From the IMG/VR virus record IMGVR_UViG_2885972705_000001, positions 7,679 to 71,678 of that record: DNA of 64,000 bases; one strand, 5' to 3'. The position numbers and the translations under genes were made by a program. Under the pieces are notes generated by a model, which searched no databases, was not told the origin of the DNA, and saw only the letters and a program-made list of their open reading frames with translations. Of the stretch, positions 1 to 9,970 are shown piece by piece. The DNA comes from a virus (lineage: Duplodnaviria; Caudoviricetes). The first letter of the stretch is position 1; the number at the start of each line of letters is the position of its first letter.

Positions 1-2
1 GG

Positions 3-239
3 TAACCCGCAATCACCAGTGAAGTCTGCGGCCCGATTCTGCATTCGCTGCCCAGTAACAACATAAAGAACGTCGATGCCGACCTTGGCGATCGACGCTA
101 GATAGTCAGCCCGCGGAATTCTAACCCCGGCCTCATAACGACCTTGAGCATTCACCTCCACTCCCCCTGCGGCACCGAGCATGGTTTGAGTTAAGCCGAG
201 GCGCAGCCTTTCAGATTTTAATCTAGCACCGATACCCAT
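3..239 (-). CDS. XRE-family HTH regulator (3' end runs off the window)
   Basis: Manual translation MGIGARLKSERLRLGLTQTMLGAAGGVEVNAQGRYEAGVRIPRADYLASIAKVGIDVLYVVTG; typical XRE HTH; not in the ORF track. Confidence 0.8.
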   Translation of the reverse strand, partial: MGIGARLKSERLRLGLTQTMLGAAGGVEVNAQGRYEAGVRIPRADYLASIAKVGIDVLYVVTGQRMQNRAADFTGDCGL

Positions 240-407
240 TTAAAATACCCTCGAACAAAAGCCTTTTTGAGAAGATTACCATCGAGTTTTCGGCGCCGCA
301 GCACAGCTTAAATCGGCATCTCATTCTGGTCTATCTATCGCGCTCGTCCGCACTACACGCTTAGCGGTCACGAACTACACTGACTGGAGATAGGGAGGGG
401 CGCGGGG

Positions 408-1085
408 ATGTGCGGGAGACTTACGCAGTATCGAGGAATCCACGATTTCGTTGCCGCGCTGAGCATGCCCAATGCCCTGGCGAACTCCGTGGGTGACCAG
501 CCGATTGAGCGCTACAACGTCGCCCCGTCCACACAGGTAGCGTTGCTGCATATCCAGAACGATCTGTTGCACGCTGACTCCGTGCGCTGGGGATGGCGGC
601 CTCATTGGGCCAAGGACCGTGCCGCGCCGATCAATGCTCGCGCAGAGAAGGTGGCCCACGGCCCGTTCTTCCGGGCGATCTGGCCGCACCGGGCAATCAC
701 GCCGATCGACAACTGGTTTGAGTGGGTTGATGAAGGCGGCCCCAAAAAGCAGCCCTATTTGATTCGCCGACGCGATGGTGCGCCGGTATTGTGTGCAGCC
801 ATTGGCCAACTACCCGACGCCGATGAAGGCCCAGGTGAGCACGATGGCTTTGTGATCATTACCGCCGATAGCGCTGGCGGGATGGTGGATGTTCATGACC
901 GGCGCCCCGTGGTTCTAACGCCGGACCTTGCGCGGGAATGGCTGGACCCTGCCACGCCCAAGGAGCGTGCCGAGCAGATGGTGCTACACCAGGGCGAGCC
1001 GTCGGAAGCGTTTGAATGGTTCAAAGTCGACGGCTCTGTGGGAAATGTACGAAACAAAGGATCTAATTTGATACTACGGGCTTAG
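408..1085 (+). CDS. SRAP-domain abasic-site processing protein (YedK/HMCES family)
   Basis: N-terminal MCGR, RYNVAPS, INARAE, FEW and HDRRPVVL motifs. Confidence 0.92.
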   Translation: MCGRLTQYRGIHDFVAALSMPNALANSVGDQPIERYNVAPSTQVALLHIQNDLLHADSVRWGWRPHWAKDRAAPINARAEKVAHGPFFRAIWPHRAITPIDNWFEWVDEGGPKKQPYLIRRRDGAPVLCAAIGQLPDADEGPGEHDGFVIITADSAGGMVDVHDRRPVVLTPDLAREWLDPATPKERAEQMVLHQGEPSEAFEWFKVDGSVGNVRNKGSNLILRA

Positions 1086-1104
1086 TGAGCCTTCCCAAGT
1101 CACC

Positions 1105-1476
1105 TCACTTTCCTTTCGCGGTTTTTGAAACCAGCCTGTCTTTGTTGGTCGGCTTAGCAGTCGCCTCTCCGACCGTGAACTGACTAGTAAAGTGATTGAG
1201 GAACGTTTCAATAATATGCCCGTGATAAAATGCATATATCTCGGATGTAACGATCTCACCTGCTGGCGGAATCACATTGAAAATCAACTTCCCACTTACA
1301 TCAGTCCGGGCTTTGAAGTAACACTTCCCCCCCCAACGTTCCGACTTATGGGTGTAATAGTCTTGCTTGTTTTTCATCCACGTAGTAATAGATCCTTCCT
1401 TTTCCTTTTGCTTGATGCGGTCATCGAATGCTTTAAGTAGGGACTTCGCAGAGCTGGTGTAAAAACGTACCGACAT
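1105..1476 (-). CDS. Hypothetical AT-rich moron protein
   Basis: 123-aa ORF with AAGGAG RBS; low GC. Confidence 0.65.
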   Translation of the reverse strand: MSVRFYTSSAKSLLKAFDDRIKQKEKEGSITTWMKNKQDYYTHKSERWGGKCYFKARTDVSGKLIFNVIPPAGEIVTSEIYAFYHGHIIETFLNHFTSQFTVGEATAKPTNKDRLVSKTAKGK

Positions 1477-1551
1477 CGTAAATCTCCTTTTGATGAAGTT
1501 GAATCAATATCATAGTGCCACCGTACCATGCAATCGTGAGTCGGAAGTACC

Positions 1552-1809
1552 TCAACGGCATTCTCTAACTGCCGCCACAAGCTGGCGCTCATATCCAATT
1601 CGCTGTCGGCGCTCGGCAAGTAATGCACGCACCTTCACCTCCAAACTGTCGGACTTCTTAAGGCCAGCGGCCGCCCAAGACGGCACCGCTATCTCTTTCG
1701 TCTTACATGGCACTGGCACCGGCACCTCAACACGAACGGTGCGCACCTCGAGCTCCGAGGTCGCGCACCCCGCCAGCACTAGGGCCATCACCACCAGCAA
1801 AGACTTCAT
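1552..1809 (-). CDS. Outer-membrane spanin (Rz1-like lipoprotein)
   Basis: Lipobox LAGC, Pro-rich segment, overlaps Rz-like gene. Confidence 0.8.
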   Translation of the reverse strand: MKSLLVVMALVLAGCATSELEVRTVRVEVPVPVPCKTKEIAVPSWAAAGLKKSDSLEVKVRALLAERRQRIGYERQLVAAVRECR

Positions 1810-2177
1810 AGTCCCAACTCCTTGTCGATGATCAATGAGGCGGCCTGAGCGGGATCACCGCCGATTTGCTCCCGCAACAGCCGGTTGGCTGCCTCGTAGT
1901 CTGGCTGGGCCTCTTGGGCGGCTTTCTCCTGCGCCAGCGCAGCATTCCGCTCCCGCAGTTCACCTGCCAGCACCAGCTCGCCGAGCTTCTTGCCCTGCTC
2001 TCCCGTCAGTGTTACCAAGTTGTCACGGGCGGCATGGGTGGTGGCTAGGTCACTATTGGCCGCATCGAGCAGTGGCCGGTAGTGGGCGGCGGCACGCCAG
2101 ACCCCGACGCCGGCGCCCAGGACCAGCAGCAGCGCCACGGCCAGGCCAAGGCCGATCAGCTTCTCCAGCGATGTCAC
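1806..2177 (-). CDS. Inner-membrane spanin (Rz-like)
   Basis: N-terminal TM followed by coiled coil; GTG start overlapping the endolysin stop. Confidence 0.75.
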   Translation of the reverse strand: MTSLEKLIGLGLAVALLLVLGAGVGVWRAAAHYRPLLDAANSDLATTHAARDNLVTLTGEQGKKLGELVLAGELRERNAALAQEKAAQEAQPDYEAANRLLREQIGGDPAQAASLIIDKELGL

Positions 2178-2683
2178 GACATCACCCCGCCCGCCAGTCG
2201 GTACTGCTTCAGCAGGTCCTCCAACCGGTGTTCCCGCTGGCCATACCCCGCACCCGGTAAGCTGGCCCAGATGTTCCGGCACTTCGAGATAGCCGTCTCG
2301 ATCCGCCCGGCAAGCACATCAGGCAAAGCCCGGCACTCTCGAATATGTTGCAGGGCCAGCAGGTCCTGGCTGATCGGGCTGAAGTCAGGCAGCTTGAGCA
2401 GTGCCTTGTAGTGCGGCCAGTCCTTCAGCATCTGCTGGTACCGACCGGAAGCATTGGACGTGAGCCCCTTGCTGTTGATGACCTTCGAGGCGCGCCCCTT
2501 GGCGAATGGGTGGTCCGTGAAGTCCTTAAACACCTCAGGCTTGCGGTCTATGCCGGTCACGATGACGTCGTAGCCATCCATGGCCGTGGCCGGCGAGGTG
2601 CTGGTGCCCTCGGACCAGCCGAGCATATCGAGGAAGGCCAGCGCATTGCGGCCGCCGGCGAGAGATTCGGAAAGTCGTGCCAT
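2174..2683 (-). CDS. Endolysin, lambda R-like lytic transglycosylase
   Basis: AFLDMLGWSEGT, ASGRYQ, DFSPISQD and WASLPGAGYGQ motifs. Confidence 0.92.
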   Translation of the reverse strand: MARLSESLAGGRNALAFLDMLGWSEGTSTSPATAMDGYDVIVTGIDRKPEVFKDFTDHPFAKGRASKVINSKGLTSNASGRYQQMLKDWPHYKALLKLPDFSPISQDLLALQHIRECRALPDVLAGRIETAISKCRNIWASLPGAGYGQREHRLEDLLKQYRLAGGVMS

Positions 2684-2686
2684 TGC

Positions 2687-2723
2687 TTTTCTCCAGACAA
2701 AAAAATACCCGCTCATGGCGGGT
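2687..2723 (-). terminator. Intrinsic terminator fused to the RBS of the next gene
   Basis: ACCCGCCATGAGCGGGT hairpin, T-run, then CTGGAGAAA. Confidence 0.6.
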
Positions 2724-2741
2724 GGCAGTGTTAGGGCGGCG

Positions 2742-2984
2742 TCAGGCTGCCGGAATCACTGGCAGCGGGTAGCGCGCCTTGATCGCTGCGACCGATGCGA
2801 GCCACGCTGAATAGTCAGGCTCCAAGCCCTGGCTGAGGGCGTCGTAGTCAGCCTCCAGGCGGAGCGGGTCGGACTCAGCCAGGTAAGCCGCACGACGGGA
2901 AGCCATCACCGCCTCGCGTTCGGCCTGGATCTTTTCCGCCTGCAACTGCCCGGCGGTTTTCATCTTGCTGAAGTCGATATTCAT
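2742..2984 (-). CDS. Tail fibre assembly/chaperone-like protein
   Basis: MNIDFSKMKT...RRAAYLAESDPL...IKARYP; follows the fibre genes. Confidence 0.65.
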   Translation of the reverse strand: MNIDFSKMKTAGQLQAEKIQAEREAVMASRRAAYLAESDPLRLEADYDALSQGLEPDYSAWLASVAAIKARYPLPVIPAA

Positions 2985-3271
2985 TGAGGAAGACTCACGT
3001 TGCCGTCGGGCGGGTTGACGATATCGGCAGGAAACATGCCGGCGGCAGTAGCATCCGGGCCGAGCGGCAGCAGGATTGTGAGCTTCAGCTCTCCGTTGAG
3101 CCGAGTGACATCCCCCACCACGAACTCGCTATTTACCGCCGAGGCCGGCAGTACCGCCCCTTCAGGGATCTGGCTGAAGTCGAAGCGCTCATCGTTGATG
3201 ATCAGCACATCGCCGCGTTTCTGGATGCTCAGTGCTTTCGAGGGCCCTTGCGGGCTCAGTTGAATGATCAT
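2981..3271 (-). CDS. Tail-fibre-associated protein
   Basis: MIIQLSPQ...FDFSQIPEGAVLPASAV; start coupled to the fibre stop. Confidence 0.65.
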   Translation of the reverse strand: MIIQLSPQGPSKALSIQKRGDVLIINDERFDFSQIPEGAVLPASAVNSEFVVGDVTRLNGELKLTILLPLGPDATAAGMFPADIVNPPDGNVSLPQ

Positions 3272-4035
3272 GCTTTCCACCGTCCAATTGCGACAAGCCA
3301 GGTTGAGTACACGCGGCTTGGCTGTGCCACCGCCGCAACATTGAAGTAAGACCCCTGCGAGGCGCTGGCAAAGTTGTTGCTTAAAAACGACACAGCATTG
3401 GGGGCTTTCGCGGACCCAAAAAAGGTGGGTGCCGCATAGAATGCCTGAGGATAATTCCAGGAAAATGTGCTGCCGATAAACAACCCAGTCGCAGCCGAGG
3501 AAACCGTATCTGTGTTGTCGACGGTCCTCGTGCAAATCAGCGTCCCATCCAGAAACTTGGTGTAGTCGCCGTTGGCGTTAGTGCCCCGCTCAATGATCGC
3601 GCCGGCGGAGTTCAAGCCAACAACGTCAGCTACGGCTGCAGAACCCAGCCCAAGCGCGACCCTGGCCGCCGTAGCCGTTGTGGCGCCCGTGCCGCCCTTG
3701 TTCACCGGCACGATGTTCTCGGTTGCGACTGTGCCCAGGCTTGCGAGCGTAGCGCCCCAGTCATTAAGGATCTGTCGCACCTGGTCGGCCAGGCCCTTGG
3801 TGTAACCCTGCACCGGGACAATCGCGTACGTACCGGCTGCGGCTGTAGCGCCACGGTAATTCGGGGAGATCGACAGGACGGTGTTGCTGGCGACGTTGGT
3901 GACCTCGTACCAACCACCGTCAGGACCGAGGAACGCATCGCCTACTCGGGTGTTGGCGACAAAGGATGTGCCAGCGCCTGTGACGGTATTGTTATTCAAA
4001 GTTACTGCAACGGTGCCGGTTCTATACCAAGGCAT
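3268..4035 (-). CDS. Tail fibre protein
   Basis: MPWYRTGTV N-terminus, VPVNKGGTGAT, IIERGTNANGDYTKFLDGTLIC, AIGRWK C-terminus. Confidence 0.85.
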   Translation of the reverse strand: MPWYRTGTVAVTLNNNTVTGAGTSFVANTRVGDAFLGPDGGWYEVTNVASNTVLSISPNYRGATAAAGTYAIVPVQGYTKGLADQVRQILNDWGATLASLGTVATENIVPVNKGGTGATTATAARVALGLGSAAVADVVGLNSAGAIIERGTNANGDYTKFLDGTLICTRTVDNTDTVSSAATGLFIGSTFSWNYPQAFYAAPTFFGSAKAPNAVSFLSNNFASASQGSYFNVAAVAQPSRVYSTWLVAIGRWKA

Positions 4036-4100
4036 ATTTTTCTCCAGGCAATAAAAAACCGCACTTGGCGGCTATAGAGTTCTGCTCGATCTGCAAACAG

Positions 4101-4757
4101 CTATGAAATTGGTTTTGCGAAAACGACGGGAATATAGAGTGAAGTTTGCAGGTCAACCCCAACAGCTTGAATTACAAGCCTGTCATTTTGATATTCCCAG
4201 ACCGCATACAAATTCCCTTGCCTAGATGTTCCTCCCGCTATATCCATTGCAATGTTATTCAGCAGCATATAGTCGCCACTACTCAGCGGCGATGGTGCCG
4301 TCCAGCTAAGCCTGCTCTGTCCCTGCGGATCGCTGCTTGACCCTAGGTAGGTCCAAGCATTTATGGCCCTAGTAAACTGCGCACAGGGAGTACCGCTATC
4401 AAAGAGAAGCTTTGAGCTTCCATCCCATAACCGAAAGCCATAAGTGGCCGTGGGTTCTGACTTGAACGCCGCCGTAAACCATTTGCCTGAGGTCGCTTGA
4501 CCTACCCGCCCGTGAAAGGAAAATCCAGTCCAGGCACCAGACGATCCCAGAACAACGCAAAAACACAGTATGTTGGATTGATCAGGCCTGACAAATATCA
4601 GTGGCGGTTCGTCAGTGGTTATGGTTTTTGAAAACGACACACCAACTCCCGCTCCGGTACCATTCCAAGTGCCTTTTTCAAGCACTACAAGCCGTGCAAA
4701 CTCAGAGTCCAGAATCACGACATCACTGTTATTTGTAAAGGTCACTCCATAAGTCAT
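4101..4757 (-). CDS. Tail-tip associated protein
   Basis: 218-aa beta-rich ORF downstream of J (YGFRLWDGSSKLLFDSG). Confidence 0.6.
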   Translation of the reverse strand: MTYGVTFTNNSDVVILDSEFARLVVLEKGTWNGTGAGVGVSFSKTITTDEPPLIFVRPDQSNILCFCVVLGSSGAWTGFSFHGRVGQATSGKWFTAAFKSEPTATYGFRLWDGSSKLLFDSGTPCAQFTRAINAWTYLGSSSDPQGQSRLSWTAPSPLSSGDYMLLNNIAMDIAGGTSRQGNLYAVWEYQNDRLVIQAVGVDLQTSLYIPVVFAKPIS

Positions 4758-5095
4758 TATCGAAACCTCATAACAAGAAGTCTTTGCGGGCTCAGTCCGA
4801 TAGGACCCGTTGAGGTTGCAGGATTCCCAAAGTAAATAGTTACACCACCAGAAGAAACTCGCGGAGTGTATTGGATTGCATAGTTACTTTGCGCGGTAGT
4901 GTCGTACGCCGCGATAGGAATACAAACAGCAGAATGAGTTGATGGATCAATTCCGGGAATAGCGATATATCGAGTTCTCCCTGGCGCAGGAATGCCGGAT
5001 CGGACTATCTCCGAATAGACAATCCGCACAGTGAAGGACGTTTCATCCAGCTCAAGGAGGCCAGTCGGCCCCCATGTCCGATTTCCAGAGATCAT
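4757..5095 (-). CDS. Tail-tip associated protein
   Basis: Translationally coupled to the J stop. Confidence 0.6.
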   Translation of the reverse strand: MISGNRTWGPTGLLELDETSFTVRIVYSEIVRSGIPAPGRTRYIAIPGIDPSTHSAVCIPIAAYDTTAQSNYAIQYTPRVSSGGVTIYFGNPATSTGPIGLSPQRLLVMRFR

Positions 5096-8000
5096 GCGGA
5101 AAGATCCCCCCACTGGTAGCGCTTAACGTCATTTTCATCGTAAACCTTGCCGCCACGGTTATTGATGGTCTGGCGACCACCGCCACCAGTCGCGCTATTC
5201 AACTCGAACTCACCGGTGACGAAGTTGATCATCAGCCCCATCCTCCCGGGAACGTAGTTTTCCGACTGGATGCTCTGGGTCAGCTTTGCCACACCGATTG
5301 AAGCGTCCTGAATGAACGCCGAGTTCATGAACACCTGCCCGCCCTGCACCACAAACGGCGTGGTGATCGCCCCGCCAGCAATGGTGTTCACCACCGCAAA
5401 CCGATCAGCACTCACCACGAACTGGCTTTGCAGTAAGCCGTCGGCGTTCTGCTCGATGCCCAGGCCGATCCCCGCTGCCACGTACTGGCCGTTGGCGTTG
5501 ACCTGCATCTTCACCGCCCACATTGTGGACAGCTTGCCGTCGATGTCTGCTGTAGCCCTGGCCGTGACCTGGATCGACGCCTTGTTCTTCCAGTCGTTGA
5601 TGGCACTGGCCAGGTCGCCCTCATCCGAGCCGTCACGATCACCGCCGGCGATGGCTTCAATCGTGGTGGACTGGGATGCGATCGACTTGTTGGTATCAGC
5701 AAGCGACTGGGTGACGGTCTGGACGGCTGCCGAGTTGGTATCGACGTTGCTCTTAAGCTGGTCGATACGCTCAGTAGTTGCCAGCTTGTCGGTGGCCACC
5801 ACCTGCTCCAGCGTGGTCAGTGCAGCCTTGTTGGCCCCCACCGCCGCATCCAGCGACGTAGTGCGCTCAACCATTGCCCGGTTGTCGGAAGCCTGTACCT
5901 TCACCTGCTGCGCAAACTTGGCGGTGGCGTCCCAACTTTTCACCGCGTCGGCAAGGTCACCCTCCCCGTCATTCTCGCGCCAGCTTGCCTGGAGCGATTG
6001 CAGCGCCGAGGCGTTCGCTGTGACCTTGCCGTCCACGGTTTCGATTGAAGTCTTGTTCTGCTGGATCTGGAGTGCCATGGCCTGGGTTGTTTGGGCAATG
6101 GTGCCCATGTTGAACCAGTACTCGACAGCGGGCGGCGGGGTATCCACCGGTACCGCCTTGAGTGCCTGCCACAGGTTCTGCCCCGTGCGAACAATCTGCC
6201 CGGTGGTGTAGGTCTTGGTCGGAACGTAGACCAGGGCGTCCGTTACGTGGTCGATCAGGTCTTCCAGTTCCTGCTTGGCTTGCTCCAAACGATCATTGAC
6301 CGAGCCCGGACCGGAGCCGGAGATCAGCTCGATCTCCTCAAGCAGCTCCTTGCCCAATTCGGATTCGCCAATCTGGCCGGCGATCATCTCCAGAATCGGC
6401 GCAGCATTCGCGCTGGCCTGCCCCGGTACACCATTGACCACCGGATAGAACGGGCCGACGTTGCCGGTGCGGTCCACCAGGCGCGCCCAGAAGAAGAACT
6501 GCGCACCGGCCTTGAGGGCCTGCATGCTGTGGTTCGCCTGGGGGTAGGCCAAGTCGGCAAGCTTGGTGGCCACTGACAGGTCATTGGCTGGGCCGTACCA
6601 CAGCTCGGTCCGCTGGGTGTCCTCGGCACCGGGCGGGAAAGCCCACCGGATGCCGATGCCGAACAATTCGCTGGTGGTGGTCAGGGACGCAACCGCAGGC
6701 GGCAGGCCCACCTTCCCTTCCAGATTGGTCAGGTTGGAGCTCTTCCAGATCGACGAAATTTCAAAGGCGCTCACCGAGCGAACCCGGGCCAGATAGGCGC
6801 CAGAGTAGATGCCGGTGAGGTCCACGCTCGTCGAACCAGTGCGCTGCAGCTTGATCCAGTTGCCGCTGTCCTTGCGCCACTCCACGTCATAGGCGATCGC
6901 ACCCGAAACAGCAGGCCACGAGATGTTCATGGTGCTGATTGCCAGGCCTTGGTCCACGGAGTAGTTCGAGGTGATGCTAACGCTCGCCGGCGCCGGAACC
7001 ACGGTGATGGGTACAACACTGATCGGACGATCCTCCAGGCGCGCGCCGGTATCGATGTGATCGAACTTGCTCGGGTCGTACTGCACGGCCGAGATCTCGA
7101 ACACGCCGGCTTCCGGCCGGGCCACGCTCACCACGCGGTAAAGCGGGATGGCCAGGTCGTCTGCATCCAGCGCCCACACCAGTTCGCGCTCAGGCGGGAC
7201 GGAGTAGGCCAGGGTTACGGTGACTTGCCGGCCGCTGACCAGTTGCACGGTGCGGCCCTCGCACTTGCCATCGGGCAAGTTGAGGATTAGCCGGTCGCCA
7301 GGCTTGGCCTGGGTGTCGCGGTCCAGGGTGATGACCTTGCCATTCACCGCCGAGATGCGTCCGCCCACAGAACGGCCGGCCAGCAGTTCGTCAGCAATAG
7401 GGATCACGTAGCCGGGCAGCGGGATACGCCCGTCGAGGCCGACCTTGAAAGTGACGGCGCGGTCTTTGGAGTTCGTGAGCAGCGCCCACTTACCGCGGCG
7501 CTGCGCCTCCGACTCACGGGTGCAGCCGATGGCGCTGATCTCCAGCGGGTTGTCGCCGTAGCGCCGCTGGAGCTTCGAATCCGTGACCGCCGTGACATCG
7601 GTGTCGTAGTTGTTGGCCGGGTTGTCGTAGCTGATCAATGCCCGGGTGTATCGCGTGCGCTCCGAGGCGCTGGAGTAGGTGAACTTGCCGTCGATCACGT
7701 TCGCCCTGGTATAGGCGAAGTCGAAGTCGGTGGCGCGCGGCATGTCCGCCAGCGTGAAGACCTGGCCCTGCGCCCAGTAGGTCATGCCACGGTAGATCGC
7801 CGAGATATCGCGCAGCAGCGACCAAGCGTCAGCCTTGCTCTGCAGGTTCAAGTTGCAGAGGAAGCGCGGTTCCATGCCGCCTTTTCCGTCCGGCACCAAT
7901 TGGTCGCAGTATTGGGAAATACGATACAACTCCCAAATATCAACCATCCACGGCTTGATGCGACGGCCCAAGCCGAAGCGGTCGGCGGTGGTGATGTCGT

Positions 8001-8862
8001 AAGTCATCCAGACAGCATTGTCAGTCCATGCCTGCTTGAATGTACCGTCCCATATCCCGGTGTATGAACGCGACGCGGGGTCGTAGTTACTCGGTACCTG
8101 CATCTTCTTCAGCTTGGTCTCGACCGTGACGGCCGGGATGCTGCGGAACTGCTCGGCTGAAAATTCGATGTAGAGCAGCGCTGTATTTGGATAGCGAACC
8201 TTCGCATCGATCACCTCGGTGAAGCCGGCGATCTGCATGGTGTCGGAGATTTTGTTGTTGTTCTGGTTGATCGTCAGTCGCGTGATCCTCATCAGCCAGC
8301 CAGTGGTCGCCTTTGGAAGATCAATGCGGCGTGTTCGCTCGTACAGGCTGGTGGTCTTGCCGTCGACAGCCTCGCTCAGCACCTGCTGGTAGGTCCCACC
8401 ATCGGTGGCCAGCTCAACCTTGTATTCAATGCGGTACCCATTGACGTTGCCGCTAGAGTCCACCGACTGAAGCGCCGGCCACGCGAAACGCACTCGTACT
8501 GCGGAGAGCTGGGTGTTGCTAATGGCTCGGACCCACGGCGTACCGCTGCGCAGCTCGGTATTGATCGTTGTCTCGTTCTCGATCGATGGAATGCCCTGGA
8601 TATAGCTCTGATCCACGGCACCGGTGCGCCACTCCCACTTCACGTTCGGGAAGTTCATGTTGCCTTGAGGGTCTTGCAGGGGCGTGTTGTCGAGATAGAT
8701 GTCTTTGGCAGTTGGCGTGCCCTCGAACTCACCCTCGCCCACGGCAATGAGCATTTTTGCGATAGCAACAGAGCGCAGACTGTCCGGGGCCTCAGTCGGC
8801 GTTTTTGGTTTACCTTCGCCGCCTTTGGCGCCGTGTATATCGATGTTTTGTGCTGCGCCCAT
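5092..8862 (-). CDS. Tail tip / host-specificity protein J
   Basis: 1256 aa; GEGEFEG, YPNTAL, YCDQLVPDGKGG, FN3-like repeats, SQFVVSADRFAV C-terminal domain. Confidence 0.95.
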   Translation of the reverse strand: MGAAQNIDIHGAKGGEGKPKTPTEAPDSLRSVAIAKMLIAVGEGEFEGTPTAKDIYLDNTPLQDPQGNMNFPNVKWEWRTGAVDQSYIQGIPSIENETTINTELRSGTPWVRAISNTQLSAVRVRFAWPALQSVDSSGNVNGYRIEYKVELATDGGTYQQVLSEAVDGKTTSLYERTRRIDLPKATTGWLMRITRLTINQNNNKISDTMQIAGFTEVIDAKVRYPNTALLYIEFSAEQFRSIPAVTVETKLKKMQVPSNYDPASRSYTGIWDGTFKQAWTDNAVWMTYDITTADRFGLGRRIKPWMVDIWELYRISQYCDQLVPDGKGGMEPRFLCNLNLQSKADAWSLLRDISAIYRGMTYWAQGQVFTLADMPRATDFDFAYTRANVIDGKFTYSSASERTRYTRALISYDNPANNYDTDVTAVTDSKLQRRYGDNPLEISAIGCTRESEAQRRGKWALLTNSKDRAVTFKVGLDGRIPLPGYVIPIADELLAGRSVGGRISAVNGKVITLDRDTQAKPGDRLILNLPDGKCEGRTVQLVSGRQVTVTLAYSVPPERELVWALDADDLAIPLYRVVSVARPEAGVFEISAVQYDPSKFDHIDTGARLEDRPISVVPITVVPAPASVSITSNYSVDQGLAISTMNISWPAVSGAIAYDVEWRKDSGNWIKLQRTGSTSVDLTGIYSGAYLARVRSVSAFEISSIWKSSNLTNLEGKVGLPPAVASLTTTSELFGIGIRWAFPPGAEDTQRTELWYGPANDLSVATKLADLAYPQANHSMQALKAGAQFFFWARLVDRTGNVGPFYPVVNGVPGQASANAAPILEMIAGQIGESELGKELLEEIELISGSGPGSVNDRLEQAKQELEDLIDHVTDALVYVPTKTYTTGQIVRTGQNLWQALKAVPVDTPPPAVEYWFNMGTIAQTTQAMALQIQQNKTSIETVDGKVTANASALQSLQASWRENDGEGDLADAVKSWDATAKFAQQVKVQASDNRAMVERTTSLDAAVGANKAALTTLEQVVATDKLATTERIDQLKSNVDTNSAAVQTVTQSLADTNKSIASQSTTIEAIAGGDRDGSDEGDLASAINDWKNKASIQVTARATADIDGKLSTMWAVKMQVNANGQYVAAGIGLGIEQNADGLLQSQFVVSADRFAVVNTIAGGAITTPFVVQGGQVFMNSAFIQDASIGVAKLTQSIQSENYVPGRMGLMINFVTGEFELNSATGGGGRQTINNRGGKVYDENDVKRYQWGDLSA

Positions 8863-8921
8863 GCTTTTCTCCAGGCAATAAAAAACCGCCTCATGGGCGG
8901 CTGCGATGCTTAAAGTGGTGT

Positions 8922-9521
8922 CTACATCTGGTCTTCGGCGTATATCGCGGCGCTAATAATCGCGCCGCCGACCCTGCGCTTGCCGTAGCAGAGCGGGACC
9001 GGGTTGCCGGATGCAGTTGTGTTCTGCGCCGAGCCAAATGCATATCCAGGCTGGTTTTCGGGCGCAGCGCTCATCTTGAGGCCTGCCGCCTGCGGACTAA
9101 GCATTTGGATTACGCCCCCAGCAGCACTACCGATACCGCCCGCTATGAGGGCTGCGCCTGTAGTTGTTGTCGACCCGAACGCAAAAAAACCTACCACAAT
9201 CAATATGGCACCCAAAATGGTCTGCATCAGGCCTGCGCGCTTTCGGCCCGTAATTACCGGCGCTATACGGATTTCTCCGGAACCGCCAAATCCTAATTCT
9301 TTTTCTTCAAGATTTTTTGACCCTCGAAACACGGCAAACTCAATGCCGCGAGACTTGGCGTTCGACAGGAACCGCTCGAAGCCAGGGATCTGTACGCATA
9401 GTGCCTTGATAGCCTCGGCTGGGGACTTAACTGACAACCTGAAAGATCTTCCAAATTGCCTAAGCTGCCCATAAAGCAAGATGGTAGTCATCGGCTGATA
9501 ATTAATTGCGAGTGCTGACAT
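8922..9521 (-). CDS. Tail assembly protein I
   Basis: SPAEAIKALC, IRIAPVITG, GNPVPLCYG...GGAIISA. Confidence 0.92.
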   Translation of the reverse strand: MSALAINYQPMTTILLYGQLRQFGRSFRLSVKSPAEAIKALCVQIPGFERFLSNAKSRGIEFAVFRGSKNLEEKELGFGGSGEIRIAPVITGRKRAGLMQTILGAILIVVGFFAFGSTTTTGAALIAGGIGSAAGGVIQMLSPQAAGLKMSAAPENQPGYAFGSAQNTTASGNPVPLCYGKRRVGGAIISAAIYAEDQM

Positions 9522-9568
9522 GGTTTTCTCCAGGCGAAAAAAAACCCGCTGTAGCGGGCTTAATGGGA

Positions 9569-9970
9569 TCAATAAGCGGTAGCTGAAATATCTGGACCGC
9601 CGGGCGACATGGATATTCTTCTTCTCAAAACTTCTCCGCTTTTTATTTCGACATCGCGCTCAACCATCATCCCTCCCCCGCAAGCTGCGCTTGGCTTCGC
9701 GCCAAGCACTACTCGGCCGGCCTTAACACCAAACCTAGCCACCTCTCCCGAGGAGAATTCGGCAGCAAGCTCCCCATTGATATAGAAACGGTAATTGCAT
9801 CCAGATCCAAACATCCCGCCATCTCGGGTAACAATGAGTTGAGCATCGGACTTTGTAGCGAAGGCATAAAGCCGAGAGCTTGGCACCGGATCGGCCTTGT
9901 CGGCAGATATAGGCGAACTAGAGCAGCCGACCAAGCTCAAAATAAAAAAGAATCCTACGAACAGTTTCAT
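9569..9970 (-). CDS. Phage lipoprotein moron
   Basis: Signal peptide with LVGC lipobox. Confidence 0.8.
   Translation of the reverse strand: MKLFVGFFFILSLVGCSSSPISADKADPVPSSRLYAFATKSDAQLIVTRDGGMFGSGCNYRFYINGELAAEFSSGEVARFGVKAGRVVLGAKPSAACGGGMMVERDVEIKSGEVLRRRISMSPGGPDISATAY

Noticed and set aside
240-407. Left attachment site
   Set aside because: No repeat matching the integrase end is visible; the att core probably lies outside the window
3268-4035. Diversity-generating retroelement or invertase acting on the tail fibre
   Set aside because: No reverse transcriptase, template repeat or invertase found in the window
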